64,000 nt of DNA. Origin: Candidatus Fermentibacterota bacterium. Its GTDB lineage: Bacteria; Fermentibacterota; Fermentibacteria; Fermentibacterales; JCC-6. Where the stretch lies: NCBI GenBank assembly GCA_963845085.1, contig CAWJQI010000004.1, positions 416,001-480,000 of the forward strand, written 5' to 3'. Below the pieces are notes generated by a model, which saw only the letters and a program-made list of their open reading frames with translations, was not told the origin of the DNA and did no database searches. Position 1 is the first letter of the stretch. Each line of letters starts with the position of its first letter. A program made the translations under genes and the position numbers. Shown here in pieces: positions 30,321 to 41,467 of the stretch.

Positions 30321-31139
30321 ATGTCAACGACTCGAAATCGATTGCTTCTGTTTGCGCCGCTTTTGCTTGCCATCGGGTGCGGCGGCGGTGTCCGGGACGA
30401 GCTCGCCATGGTGCCGGGTACATGCCTGTTCCACCTGCATCTTGAGGAGGGTCTGTCCCCCTCGATGCTCTCAGAGCTCGTTTCCCTTGATCCAAGCCTT
30501 GTCCTTGCCGAATCGCTCCTGACCCGGGGACCGGTCGGGGTGACACTGATGGGGGTGGACATCACATCCCTCTCTCCACAGCTGCTTTTCCTTTCCAGCA
30601 GGGTCTCGCGCGCAGAGGCTTCCGAGCTGGCCTCGAACATGATGCATCTTGAGGAGAGCGAGGGGGAAAACCGTCTTGATCTCTCCGACGACACGGGATT
30701 GATCCGTGCCTCGGTCGCCGAGCGGAGGGGATGGACCGCGCTCTATCTGGGGCCTGCGGCCGACGTGACGATCGATGCCTGGATGCGGATGGAGGAGGTT
30801 GGCTCGCTCGCCAGCGATGAGGCGCTCATGCAGGCGCTTCCGGGCAGGCACCACCTCACGCTGATGCTGCCCGGCAACCTGTTCACTTTCGTATCCCTTC
30901 TTCCGGTGGAGAGGTACGTCTCATGGTGGGGCGAGTATACGGCCGTCGCCAGGGTCATCAGACCCTCGGCCCTCACCCTCTCCCTCTCATGGCCGTCAAC
31001 CGGCGGCATATCGCTTGAAGCAAGGCTCGCACGCGAGGACGGCGGCATGACGGCAGCCGAGTTGTCGATAACCGACACCTCGATAACGCCCGACAGTGTG
31101 TTCGTCATCCTGACGAACCTTGCAGAGGGCCTCCAGTGA
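30321..31139 (+). CDS. Hypothetical lipoprotein
   Basis: Lipobox LAIGC; GGAGGT SD. Confidence 0.7.
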   Translation: MSTTRNRLLLFAPLLLAIGCGGGVRDELAMVPGTCLFHLHLEEGLSPSMLSELVSLDPSLVLAESLLTRGPVGVTLMGVDITSLSPQLLFLSSRVSRAEASELASNMMHLEESEGENRLDLSDDTGLIRASVAERRGWTALYLGPAADVTIDAWMRMEEVGSLASDEALMQALPGRHHLTLMLPGNLFTFVSLLPVERYVSWWGEYTAVARVIRPSALTLSLSWPSTGGISLEARLAREDGGMTAAELSITDTSITPDSVFVILTNLAEGLQ

Positions 31140-31810
31140 GCGCCGTCATCCAGGCCGAGGGTGTCACACGGTCATTCGGCGACATGCCGGTGCTCCGGGG
31201 GCTCGATATTTCGATAGACTCCGGTGAATTCACGGCGATAACGGGAAGGAGCGGCTCAGGCAAGAGCACGCTTCTCGGCATCCTCGGCACGCTTGACAGG
31301 GACTACGCCGGAACCCTCCGCATCGGCGGGGTCGACACCGCAACCCTTGACGGAAACGCGCTCGCGGCCCTCAGAAGGGATGAGCTGGGGTTCATATTCC
31401 AGGACTTCCACCTCCTTCCGAACCTCACCGCACTTGAGAACGTTCTTCTGCCCGCCGTGTTCTCCGGAAGGGAGATGGAACCCGTAGAAAAGGAAGCCAG
31501 GGAGCTTCTTGACAGGCTTGGCGTTCGAATGGATGCCACCTTCAGCCGCTTCCTCTCGAGGGGCGAGAGGCAGAGGGTGGCCGCAGCAAGAGCCCTGGCA
31601 GGAAGACCGAGTGTCCTTCTTGCCGATGAACCGACTGCAAGCCTCGATGAAACAAGCGAAGACGTCCTTTTCGACCTGCTGGACACCATGCGCAGGGAGA
31701 AGGGGTTTGCTCTGGTTGCAGTTGTTCACACCAGAAGTGTTCTGGAAAGGGCCGACCACGTTCTCGACCTCAGCGGGGGGGTGCTTCACGATGCGCGCAT
31801 CAATGCGTAG
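31136..31810 (+). CDS. ABC transporter ATP-binding protein (LolD/MacB-like)
   Basis: GRSGSGKST, GFIFQDFHL, LLADEPT. Confidence 0.92.
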   Translation: MSAVIQAEGVTRSFGDMPVLRGLDISIDSGEFTAITGRSGSGKSTLLGILGTLDRDYAGTLRIGGVDTATLDGNALAALRRDELGFIFQDFHLLPNLTALENVLLPAVFSGREMEPVEKEARELLDRLGVRMDATFSRFLSRGERQRVAAARALAGRPSVLLADEPTASLDETSEDVLFDLLDTMRREKGFALVAVVHTRSVLERADHVLDLSGGVLHDARINA

Positions 31811-33077
31811 GGCAATGCACCTCTGGAACAAGGGCCACTGGAGGGATTACCTTTTCAGCCAGGCCATGCTTCTTGTAGCGTCCCTTCTCCTCGTGTTCTT
31901 CATATCCATAGGCCTCGGAGTGGGACGGATCCTCGACCGTTTCCTCTCGAGCGACCTTCCCGAGGAACAGGTGAGGGTCACACCGCAGGTCATCTCGGCA
32001 GGCTTCTTCCAGACCGAAAGGGGGGGCATCGAGATCACCGACGCCCTGCTCGATTCGCTTGAGAAAATGCCGGAGGTGGAACGGATCGACAGACAGGTCT
32101 ACGCCCATGTTCCGGCCTACCTCAGGGGGCTCCTCGGCGGCAGGAACTACTACACAGACATAACCATGGAGGGCGTGACAACGGCATTCGTGCCGGACAG
32201 CCTGGTGGAGCGCTTCGGATGGAGCTACACGCTTGCCGACAGCGCCCAGAGACGGCTTCCCATCATCCTGTCCGAAAACCTCCTTCTTCTCTACAACGCC
32301 GGCTTCGCCGAGGCGCACGGTCTTGTGGGCCTGAACCAGCAGGGCGTGGTCGGCCTTGAGTGCCAGATCACCATCGGCACCAGTTCAATAGCCAGCATGC
32401 AGCAGAGACCCGTCACCGTGAATGCCCAGATCATCGGCACCAGCAGGAACATGGCGCTGTTCGCGCTTGCGGTTCCGATCGAGTTCGTCGAGGAGGTCAA
32501 CCAGTCGTACATCCCCGACAGGCCTCACAGCTACAGTGCGCTCATGGTAACGGCAACCTCGGCCGAAGAGGTTCCCGAGATCGTTCGCAAGGCCGAATCC
32601 CTCGGTCTCAGCGCCGAGACTCACCGCGGGATAGCCCAGAAGGCCGAGATACTGGTCGGGGTTGTCACCGCCGCCCTCGGCGCGCTGGCCATTGCCATTC
32701 TCGGCGCCGCGCTGGCAAGCGCAGTCCACACTCTGGTTGCCGATCTGAAGAACCGTTCCTACGCCCTCGGCGTACTGGTGGCACTCGGCACGACAAGTGA
32801 AAGGCTCGCGCAGGTTTTCGCCTTCCAGATCTTTCTCATGTCGGCGCTCACAACGGTACTTGGCGGTCTGCTCGGATGCGGGCTCGCCGCCCTGGTGAGT
32901 TACGGCCTTCTAACCCTTCTTCCGGTGCTCAGCATGGCTGTTCCCTCGCTTGCCGTATTCCCGGTTCTTCCAATGATCGCTGGCCTCGGGACCGTTCTTC
33001 TGGCCTCAACGGCCTGGGCATGGTTCTTCTTCAGAAAAATACTCAGCACCCCCGTGACTGAGCTTTTGAGGAGATGA
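31791..33077 (+). CDS. ABC transporter permease (FtsX/MacB-like)
   Basis: N-terminal TM, large periplasmic domain, three C-terminal TMs; start uncertain. Confidence 0.8.
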   Translation: MRASMRRAMHLWNKGHWRDYLFSQAMLLVASLLLVFFISIGLGVGRILDRFLSSDLPEEQVRVTPQVISAGFFQTERGGIEITDALLDSLEKMPEVERIDRQVYAHVPAYLRGLLGGRNYYTDITMEGVTTAFVPDSLVERFGWSYTLADSAQRRLPIILSENLLLLYNAGFAEAHGLVGLNQQGVVGLECQITIGTSSIASMQQRPVTVNAQIIGTSRNMALFALAVPIEFVEEVNQSYIPDRPHSYSALMVTATSAEEVPEIVRKAESLGLSAETHRGIAQKAEILVGVVTAALGALAIAILGAALASAVHTLVADLKNRSYALGVLVALGTTSERLAQVFAFQIFLMSALTTVLGGLLGCGLAALVSYGLLTLLPVLSMAVPSLAVFPVLPMIAGLGTVLLASTAWAWFFFRKILSTPVTELLRR

Positions 33078-34271
33078 TGAAAAAGGCTGCACTGTTCTGC
33101 GCAATCATTGCCGGAATTCTCAGGGCACAGTGGCCCGACACGGTTCTGGCGATGATCTCCACCGGCCAGTATCCCAACGATGCCTGCTTTTCACCTGACG
33201 GGCAGTACGTTTTTGTGGCGGTGGGCTACGGCCATCTATCAAGGATCAGCACACAGACGTGGTCGACGAACGGCGTGCTGCCGCTCGACGGAACACCGGA
33301 ATGCGTGACCTGCCTTCCCGACAACACTGTTCTCGTCGCCGACGAGGAGATGAACAAGCTCTACTTCATCGACGGGGAGACACTGACTGTCATCGGTGAG
33401 ACGACGGTCAATTCCGAACCGATGGAATTCGCCAGCTCCGCCGACGGTTCGTACGCCTTCCTCTCCCACGGCGACGGCTTTCTCAGCGTGATAGACCCGG
33501 CAGCGATGGAGGTCGTGGAAACCGTATGGGTGGGCAACCAGCCCGGGGGATGCCATCTCACTTCAGACGGGCAGACCCTTTTCGTGGCCGACACCCAGAG
33601 TCCGAGCGAAACGGCCTTCACCGTCCCCTCCGGACCGGTGCAGAGGTTCGTTTCAGGGATGGACAGTTTCGACTGCGCCGTCTCGGAAGGTTCACTCTAC
33701 CTTTCCAACCCGGCCTGGGAGATGGTTCAGAGAATGGACGCAGCGACACTGCAGGTCACGGGAAGCCTCGAAATCCCCGGAGCGGATCCCCGCTGGATGG
33801 CTCCCATCCCGGGGCTGCCCTACATGTACGTCGGATCGACGGCTGACAACACCCTGAGGATCGTTGATACCGGAAGCTTCCAGCAGGCGGGCGCGATCCA
33901 GGTCGGAGCCTCGCCCCAGCGGCTTCAGGTGTCATCCAACGGCGCATACCTGCTGGTTCCGTGCCGCGGCACGGGCAAGCTGTACGTGATCGGGTACGAT
34001 CCCGAGGGAGTGGGGGAAGCGGCGAACGGCTTTTCGATCCATGCCGCAGGACCCGTTGGAACCCCCGCCGTCGTTCTTGAAATCCCTTCGGCCGCGGACA
34101 GTCGGGGTAACCCTTCACGACCTTACCGGGCGGACAGTTGCCTCTCTGCACAGTGGTCCGCTTCCGCAGGGCAGTCATGTGTTCTCACGTTCCGGTCTTC
34201 CATCGGGGGTTTACCACGCGGTGGTCAGGGGCGACTGGGAGGGAAGCTGCCGGCTGACAGTCATCCAATGA
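33074..34271 (+). pseudogene. YncE/YVTN beta-propeller protein with T9SS-type C-terminal domain, one frameshift near 34090
   Basis: Signal peptide and propeller repeats; the CTD (LHDLTGRTV..LPSGVY) is in a different frame ending at TGA 34271. Confidence 0.75.
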
Positions 34272-35575
34272 GGGAAGACCCGGGTACAACGGAAATGAAC
34301 ACCGCCCCCCGGAGACCACGGGTTCTGCATGTCATCAACAACCTCCGAATCGGCGGGGCCGAAACCCTTCTTCGCGATTCCCTTCCCCTGATGCATGAAG
34401 CGGGCATCGATGCTTCCCTTCTGGTCCTCTCGGATCCGTGTTGCCCCTCCGCGCGTGAGCTCGGGCTCAAAGGCACCGAGGTGATGCACACCGGCCTCTC
34501 CTCGATCCGGTCTCCCCGTCAGATCGTCCGGATCAGGCGCATCCTGCGGGAAAGGAGGCCCGACATCATCCATGCCCACCTCTTTCCCTCCCTCTACTGG
34601 GTTGCACTTGCCGCACCGAAATCCAGGCTGGTCTTCACGGAACACAGCACCTGGAACCGCAGGAGGAAACTGCCCTTCCTGCGCCCGATCGAGGGTTTTG
34701 CCTACGGACGGTACAAGCGCATCATCTGCATCAGCGAAGGTGTTCGGAAGGCCCTGGTGGAATGGCAGCCGTCCCTTTCCGGAAGAACGGTCGTGATCCA
34801 CAACGGTGTGGACCTGGAAAGGTTCAGAAACCCTGAACCTCTTGCCCGGCATGACATCCATCCGGCTGTCGGAGAGGACGGCAGGCTGCTCGCCATGACA
34901 GCCTCATTCACCTACAAGAAAGACCACGCCACTGTTATCAGGGCCCTTTCCCTCCTCCCGGCGAATTACTTCCTGATCCTTCCGGGAGAGGGTCCGGCAA
35001 GGGAAGGGATCATCCGGCTTGCCTGCGAACTGGGCCTGGACAGGAGGGTGATCTTCCCCGGCAACCGCACTGACATCCCTTCGATTCTCAAGGCCTGCGA
35101 CTTCGCGATCCAGGCATCCCACTGGGAGGGTTTCGGCCTCGCTGCGGTCGAGGCGATGGCATCGGGGGTCCCCCTCGTGGCATCGAGGGTGGATGGACTG
35201 GCGGAAATAGTCGATGGGGCAGGCATTCTGTTCAAACCGGGCGACCCCGTGGCACTTGCCCAGGCCATAATGACACTTGACGGGGACCCTGGACTCAGGG
35301 GCAGGCTGGTGGCGGCAGCGCTAAAAAAAGCCGAAGGCTTCGACATCCGTCTGATGGTTCGCAAACAGGCCGGAGTCTACTTGGACCTTCTCGGAGGGAC
35401 CCGCTCGTCAAGCTTTTTTGAAAACCCGGGTGAGCGCCTTCTCGACAACCAGGAAGAGCGCAACAAGAAGGGGAAGAAGGGGCAGGAACCTGACATCGAT
35501 GAGCACCAGCCCGGCAAGCCCCCCAAGAACGGCTCCGAACAGCTCGATGGCGGCAAGGTTCTCCCCCGAAACTGA
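34268..35575 (+). CDS. Glycosyltransferase family 4
   Basis: GGAE, HAH, TEH and EGFGLAAVEAMASG motifs; ATGA coupling to the upstream gene. Confidence 0.88.
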   Translation: MREDPGTTEMNTAPRRPRVLHVINNLRIGGAETLLRDSLPLMHEAGIDASLLVLSDPCCPSARELGLKGTEVMHTGLSSIRSPRQIVRIRRILRERRPDIIHAHLFPSLYWVALAAPKSRLVFTEHSTWNRRRKLPFLRPIEGFAYGRYKRIICISEGVRKALVEWQPSLSGRTVVIHNGVDLERFRNPEPLARHDIHPAVGEDGRLLAMTASFTYKKDHATVIRALSLLPANYFLILPGEGPAREGIIRLACELGLDRRVIFPGNRTDIPSILKACDFAIQASHWEGFGLAAVEAMASGVPLVASRVDGLAEIVDGAGILFKPGDPVALAQAIMTLDGDPGLRGRLVAAALKKAEGFDIRLMVRKQAGVYLDLLGGTRSSSFFENPGERLLDNQEERNKKGKKGQEPDIDEHQPGKPPKNGSEQLDGGKVLPRN

Positions 35576-36739
35576 AAGAACCAGTTCCTCGAGCTCGTTC
35601 AGGTCGAACCGGTCGATCTTGCTCCGTACGATTCCCTTGACATCGATACCGGAAACAGCCCTTCCGGCAAACTCGCGAGCGGAATGCCTGAACTCCGGAG
35701 AGCGGATCTTCCTTCTCGCCGCTTCGGCGAGGGTTTCGACCTGATCGTCGATCCGGCCGGAAACCCAGTTCCACAACTCATCGGAGGAGAGCAGCTCACG
35801 CACCTTTCCCATGCCCAGCTCCATTCCCTCCGTCCTGATCCAGAACGAAACCTTTTCCCTGAGATCGTCCAACCTTGCCCGGAACCAGACCCTCACTCCC
35901 GGAGAATCGAGCCATGCTTCGATTTCCGGTGTGTTCTCGTCGAGAAGCGCCAGTATGGCATCGAAGAAACCGGGTGAGCCGACATGCCGCCTGATCTCTG
36001 CCCTTATCTGTTCGCCGTCCACTTTGAAAACCTTTTTGCCCAGCCCGAGGAACATCTTCTCCAAAAGTTTTCTGGACCTGATGTACTCCTCGAGTGCATC
36101 GTTGACAAAGGCAGCAATCTCGGCGTCGTACCTGTCCGCGAGCGAGATCACTGCATGGGCAAGCGATTCCCTCGTCTCGGGGTTCGACAGCTCGCCCTGC
36201 AGCCACTGCCTTGCCGCGGGCCACACCCTGCCCGCCGAGGTGCGTTCGGTCACAAGCCCTGTGACGAACTTCTGAACGCGGAGCACTGCGGATTCGGAAT
36301 GCCTGTCCAGCAGACCCGATATGATCCTCTGAAGGTACGCGGACGTTGCAGACCGGGCAGCGGCCCCCGTGATGAGCTTGTGGACACGGTCCACGGCCAT
36401 CTGGGCGCCCTTCTCGAGCAGCCCGTTGTCATCCAGGTAGGCAAGCACGGAATCGGTGTCAAGAAGCCGTTCTGCAACAGCCTCTCCTGTCGCGCGGGCA
36501 AGTTCCGACCGCTTGGCGGGAATGAGCCCCTGACGGCCAAAAACAGTTCTTTCGTGTGGTCTGAAGAGCATCCGGATCGCGAAATGGTTCGTCCATATCC
36601 CCACCGTGGCGGAAAGCGACACCTTGAACACCCAGTCGATCAGCACGAACGACGGGAAGAAATAGCCCAGCCCTCCGGCGGCGGCAGTCAACACGGGACA
36701 TGCAATCATTGCGATCCGGCGCAGAAGGCTGACGCTCAA
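35408..36739 (-). CDS. DUF445 family membrane protein
   Basis: TNHFAIRMLFRP, QGLIPAKR, ENLAAIELFGAVLGGLAG. Confidence 0.85.
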   Translation of the reverse strand: MSVSLLRRIAMIACPVLTAAAGGLGYFFPSFVLIDWVFKVSLSATVGIWTNHFAIRMLFRPHERTVFGRQGLIPAKRSELARATGEAVAERLLDTDSVLAYLDDNGLLEKGAQMAVDRVHKLITGAAARSATSAYLQRIISGLLDRHSESAVLRVQKFVTGLVTERTSAGRVWPAARQWLQGELSNPETRESLAHAVISLADRYDAEIAAFVNDALEEYIRSRKLLEKMFLGLGKKVFKVDGEQIRAEIRRHVGSPGFFDAILALLDENTPEIEAWLDSPGVRVWFRARLDDLREKVSFWIRTEGMELGMGKVRELLSSDELWNWVSGRIDDQVETLAEAARRKIRSPEFRHSAREFAGRAVSGIDVKGIVRSKIDRFDLNELEELVLSVSGENLAAIELFGAVLGGLAGLVLIDVRFLPLLPLLVALFLVVEKALTRVFKKA

Positions 36740-39496
36740 TTGCCGATTCTCAGTCTCAGGTAGTAGTCGAGATCTATCTTCTCCCAGGTTTCCACCGCAG
36801 GCGTTCGGGTGTAGTCAAGGTTCAGGCCGATAACCAGTGAAAGGGGACCCGGCAGTTCGAAATCCATCTCGCTGTTGGCGTAGGAAACAAGGTGCCTGGC
36901 GTCTCCAGGGGGGATGTAGACGCTTCCGGCGAGCCAGAGGTTTGGAAGCCAGTCGAGAGGACGGCGCATCCAGGCTCCGAAGGATGCATACGAGGTCACC
37001 CTGTCGGTCCTGTCCTCCCCGACGGACCAGCGGGTGTCGACAAGACCGACCCCGATCTCCGGTGCAAGCCACATCCATTCAGCGGGCCAGCTCTTCCACC
37101 CTGCAGCGATGTATGAACTCACCTGCCAGGGCCTGACGGTCATGGGCTGCCTGTCCCAGCTGCTGCTGAGCCCGACATAGATCCGCTCGGTGAAGAAGTG
37201 TTCGACGGTGAGTGAGGCGAATGCCGACTCCCTTTCCTTCCTTCCGCTTCTCTCCTCGAAGCGGGTGTTGCCCGAAAGCTTTACCGAGCTGCCCCGAGTG
37301 TAGTTCAGGATCAGTGAAGCGCCTCCGCTGACGGATGACTCCTGCTGGTTGCCCCGCGAAAATGCAAGGTCTGTCCAGAGGCTCCAGCTGAGGGGGTTGT
37401 ACCGCTCGCTGTGCCAGGCACGGTCGTAATCGCCTCCCGTGATGTAAAGTATCCTCGATTCCGCATAAGGATAGCCGGGCATCAGCCTGAGGGCGTCGAG
37501 GTACTTCTTCGTGGCTTCTTCGGGGTTGCCGAGGCGTTCCTGAAGCAGGCCGAGGTAGCAGATCGAAAAAACGGATGAAGGATCCCTTTCAAGCGCGGCG
37601 AGGAGAGCCTCCTCGGCTTCGTCGAGCCTGCCCTCGAACAGCCTCGCCTCCCCGAGCTCCGCCAGAACGACAGCCGTCGAGTCGATCCCGAGCGCGAGGG
37701 CAAGGCGGTCGCCGGCGTTCGAATAATCGCCGTTCCGGTAAAGAAAGGCCGCTATCTCGCGGTGGGCATCGACGTCATCACAGGCCAGGTCGGCTGCTTC
37801 CAGAAAGCACTCAAGGGCTTCCTCATCCTGTTCCAGGCTCTCGAACAGCCCGCCAAGGTCAATCCAGTCCCAGGAGTTGTTGCTTCCCTCATGGATTGCG
37901 AGAAGGGCAGCCCTCTCCGCCTCTTCGGGATACCCCTGTCCCGCTGCGTTCCAGCCGTAGCGAGTATAGGCCCAGCCGCCGGGAAGGAGCAGCCGGACCG
38001 AATCAGCGGCAGCCGCCGCCCCTGAATCCACGAGTATGAATAGCTTCTCGACAAGCCCCACTTCATCTTCGGAGGCACTGGTTTCAAGATAGTCATCGAC
38101 ATTCCGGAGAGCCCTTCCGAAGTCGGCCGTGCGCCTGTTCAGCCTTGCGAGGTTGAGCAGGCCGTAGCTGTAGCCGGGATCAAGCGCAACGGCCCTGTCG
38201 AAGTACACAAGCGCGGCGGGAACGTCACCCGCCTCGAGGCTTATGCTTCCCATCTCACCAAGTATCCAGGGTTCATCACCGAGATGGGTGAGAGCGTCGC
38301 CGAACCACGCCATCGCCGTTTCATCGTCGCCGGCATCACGGTAGAGAGCGCCCCTGCGCTGCCAGCCGTAGGTGTACGTGCTGTCGAGAGCGATCCCGCT
38401 CTCGTATGCGAGTGCAGCCTCTTCAGTCCTCCCAAGGGATTCCAGCGACCAGCCCAGTTCGCCCCATGTCCAGCTTGATTGTTCGTACATCGAGGCTTTT
38501 CCTGAAGGCATCAACAGCCTTCTGCAGATCTCCCGAGTCTTCATAGGCAAGCCCCAGGTCCGTCCAGGCCGCTTCGAACGTGCTGTCAGCCTCGACGGCA
38601 TCCTCAAGGTAGGAAATACTTTCTGAAGGATCCTGCGCGATGGAGGCAAGCCGGTAGTAGGCCCATGCGTATGAAGGGTTCACCGCGATGCCCTCCTGAT
38701 AGTACTCGCGGGCCGTGTCCATCCTGCCGAGGCGCTCCATCAGCAGCCCCAGCTGCCCCCAGGTCCAGTGGTCTTCGGGCCTGTCGGCGAGGATCCGGCG
38801 GAATGTCTTGACCGCATGACCCAGCCGGCCCTGCTCCTCGTGCAGGGTTCCGAGAAGCCTTAGCGCGCTCGGGCGGGAAGGGCTTCTCTCAAGCAGGTCT
38901 TCGAGGACGGTCTGTGCCGAATCCGGCATCCCCAGGGACTGAAACAGAGTGGCCTTTTCCTCCATCAGCGAGTAGGCGGATGGATTGAGCTCGATTCCGA
39001 GGCTCAGCATCATGATCGCTTCATCCTGCCGGCCGAGGTCTTCGAGTGCCCAGGCTGCGGTAAGGCTTGCTGGCGTGAAGCCGGGGTCGGCCAAAAGTGC
39101 ATCTGAGGCAAGCCGGTAGGCCTCATCGGGATCCGAGCCCGCAAGGTGAAGGTACGCCATTGATTCGAGCAGGACCGGGTCGGTGCCCGGAGCAAGTGAG
39201 AGGGCCCTTTCAAAGGCGGCCTCGGCCTGTTCAGCATCAGTTTCCGTGAGAATGGCTCCAAGCGCCGTCCAGTTCCGGAAGTCGGACGAGTCGGCCGAAA
39301 GGGCGCTCCGCGCCACCTCAAGTGCCCCGATCTCACCGGTGAGGTGCATTGACAGGGCAAGTGCGGGTTCCCGTCCCGACACCGAGTCGGGAAGGGCGAC
39401 AGCCGTTTCATACGCCTCGACCTGTTCGATGACCCTGTAGCTTTCGTACCAGTCCTCGGGCCAGAACGTGTTGACCAGAATGAGAAGAAAGAGCAA
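36736..39496 (-). pseudogene. Long TPR-repeat protein with C-terminal outer-membrane beta-barrel (DUF481-like), one frameshift near 38490
   Basis: TPR motifs continue across two overlapping ORFs; C-terminal amphipathic beta strands. Confidence 0.75.
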
Positions 39497-39497
39497 G

Positions 39498-40277
39498 CTA
39501 CGCTCCCCTGTTGAAAAGGAACCACGCTGTTCCCGCGGCGCCTACGGCCCAGCAGTACCAGCAGAATCTGTGAAGAGCTCCGGATCCCACGAATCGAAGA
39601 AGGACCCTGAGGGCTCCGTACCCCACAAGGGCCGAAACGGCAAAACCGGCGGCAAGAACTCCGATTGAGGTATTCCAATCCGCGCCCGGCAGTTCCAGTA
39701 TCGATGCACCGAAAATGGCCGGTATCGACAGGAAAAAGGAGAATTTTGCGGCCTCGCGGCGGTCAACCCCCCGGATCAGTCCGGCAGAGATGGTGAGGCC
39801 CGACCTCGAAACCCCCGGGAGAACGGCGATCGCCTGGAAGAAACCGATAAATAGACCCCTCTTCAAACCGGGGGACCCCTGCCCCCGCGGAGCGAACCTT
39901 GTGAGGAAGAGCACGGTTCCGGTCAGGATCATGAGCAGGCTGACCACCAGAGGCTCCCCGAATACGCCTTCAATGCGGTCCGACAGGAGAACGCCGACAA
40001 TCCCGGCAGGAACCGATGCCGCCATGAGGGAAAGAAACTCAGTTCTGCTGTTCCTGTTGCCCTTCAGCAAGCCCCCCGCGAGGGCTGCAAGGTCGCTCCA
40101 ATAGACGATGAAAACCGCAGTCAGCGTGCCGAGATGCAGCATTATCTCAAAGGCCATGCTGCCGGGGTCGATCCTCATAAAGGCCGAGGCCAGGGCAAGG
40201 TGCCCGGAGCTGGATACGGGAAGAAACTCGGTCAGGCCCTGAACGGCCGCAAGTGCAATGCTCTCCGGTAGTGTCAA
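39498..40277 (-). CDS. uppP: Undecaprenyl-diphosphate phosphatase
   Basis: QGLTEFLPVSSSGH; PGVSRSGLTI. Confidence 0.95.
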   Translation of the reverse strand: MTLPESIALAAVQGLTEFLPVSSSGHLALASAFMRIDPGSMAFEIMLHLGTLTAVFIVYWSDLAALAGGLLKGNRNSRTEFLSLMAASVPAGIVGVLLSDRIEGVFGEPLVVSLLMILTGTVLFLTRFAPRGQGSPGLKRGLFIGFFQAIAVLPGVSRSGLTISAGLIRGVDRREAAKFSFFLSIPAIFGASILELPGADWNTSIGVLAAGFAVSALVGYGALRVLLRFVGSGALHRFCWYCWAVGAAGTAWFLFNRGA

Positions 40278-41467
40278 CTCTCCACGAACTCCCTGTGCAG
40301 GGCCCTGAGTGCGGTTTCCCGCTGCCCTGCGGCCACCAGGGCGCTGATGGTGGCATGCGAGTCAACGGTCTGAAGCATTTCAACGCCCGCACCGCTGAGG
40401 GCTGAACTGAACCTTGCCATCACGCCCCGCATTCCATGCATGCCCGCACCCACGATCGAAACCTTGGCGCAGGGGGCAAGGCACAGACATGAATGCCCGT
40501 TTTCCGACATGATACCCATGACGCGAAGCCTGTCTTCCATCGGCACCGTAAAAACTACCGTCCCGCCCGACACGCTGAACATGTCCATGGAGACCCCCGC
40601 ACCTGCCACAAGCCCGAACACGGCGGCATGGAAGAGGTGAAAAGGTTCGGAGCCCCCCGAAACAGTCATCCTCGCGACATCGGGACCCGAGGCGACGCCG
40701 ACGATGTAATTCTCGCAGTTCACGAGGTCAGGCTCAACGCTCGTCACGATCGCTCCGCTCTCGAAAGACCGGACCCGTATCGGGATCCCCGAGGCGATGC
40801 ATGCTTCGGCCGCCCTGGGGTTAACGATCTTCGCCCCCTGCCAGGCCATCTGTCTGAGATCCTCGGCGCAAATCCTGTCCAGCTTCCTTGCCTCCGGGAC
40901 CTTGTCGGGGTCGGCCGTATAAACCGATTCAACAGTCTTATAGAACACAACCTCGTCAGCCTTCAGCGCCGCAGCGAGAACAACCGCAGTGGTGTCGCTG
41001 CCTCCCCTGCCGAGCGTTGTGACGCAGCCTTCAGGGGACAGCCCCTGGAAGCCGGCGACAACGGCAACCTCACCGCGGGCGATGATCCTTCTGACAGCGG
41101 AAACGTCAACACTGACCACCCTGGCATCGCCTGATGAATCGTCGGTGGATATTCCCGCCTCCCATCCCGTGAGTGCCTCTGCTCCAATCCCGCTTCGGCG
41201 CAGGAGGGAGGCGGTAACAAGGGCGCTTATTATTTCTCCACAAGCCATTAGTCTGTCGCGTTCTGCGGGAGACGCCCCTTCGCAGAGAAGGCCGAGCAAT
41301 GTGTCGGTGGCGTAGGGATCACCGCTCCTGCCCATCGCTGACACAACGACAACAAGGTTCTCGCACTCGGAAAGCAGCTTTCCGCAGAGCTCAGCGGTCC
41401 GCTGCTGTGACTCCCGGTCCGCAAGGCATGTTCCGCCGAACTTTGCCACAAGCAGTTTCTTCAACAA
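40274..41467 (-). CDS. Aspartate kinase
   Basis: KFGGT, VVVSAMG, TTLGRGGSDTTA, C-terminal ACT domains; start uncertain (TTG between 41464 and 41476). Confidence 0.92.
   Translation of the reverse strand: MLKKLLVAKFGGTCLADRESQQRTAELCGKLLSECENLVVVVSAMGRSGDPYATDTLLGLLCEGASPAERDRLMACGEIISALVTASLLRRSGIGAEALTGWEAGISTDDSSGDARVVSVDVSAVRRIIARGEVAVVAGFQGLSPEGCVTTLGRGGSDTTAVVLAAALKADEVVFYKTVESVYTADPDKVPEARKLDRICAEDLRQMAWQGAKIVNPRAAEACIASGIPIRVRSFESGAIVTSVEPDLVNCENYIVGVASGPDVARMTVSGGSEPFHLFHAAVFGLVAGAGVSMDMFSVSGGTVVFTVPMEDRLRVMGIMSENGHSCLCLAPCAKVSIVGAGMHGMRGVMARFSSALSGAGVEMLQTVDSHATISALVAAGQRETALRALHREFVES

Noticed and set aside
33074..35575. 833-aa beta-propeller-glycosyltransferase fusion from the ORF track
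   Set aside because: The linker is an off-frame reading of a T9SS-type CTD; two genes with one indel explain it better
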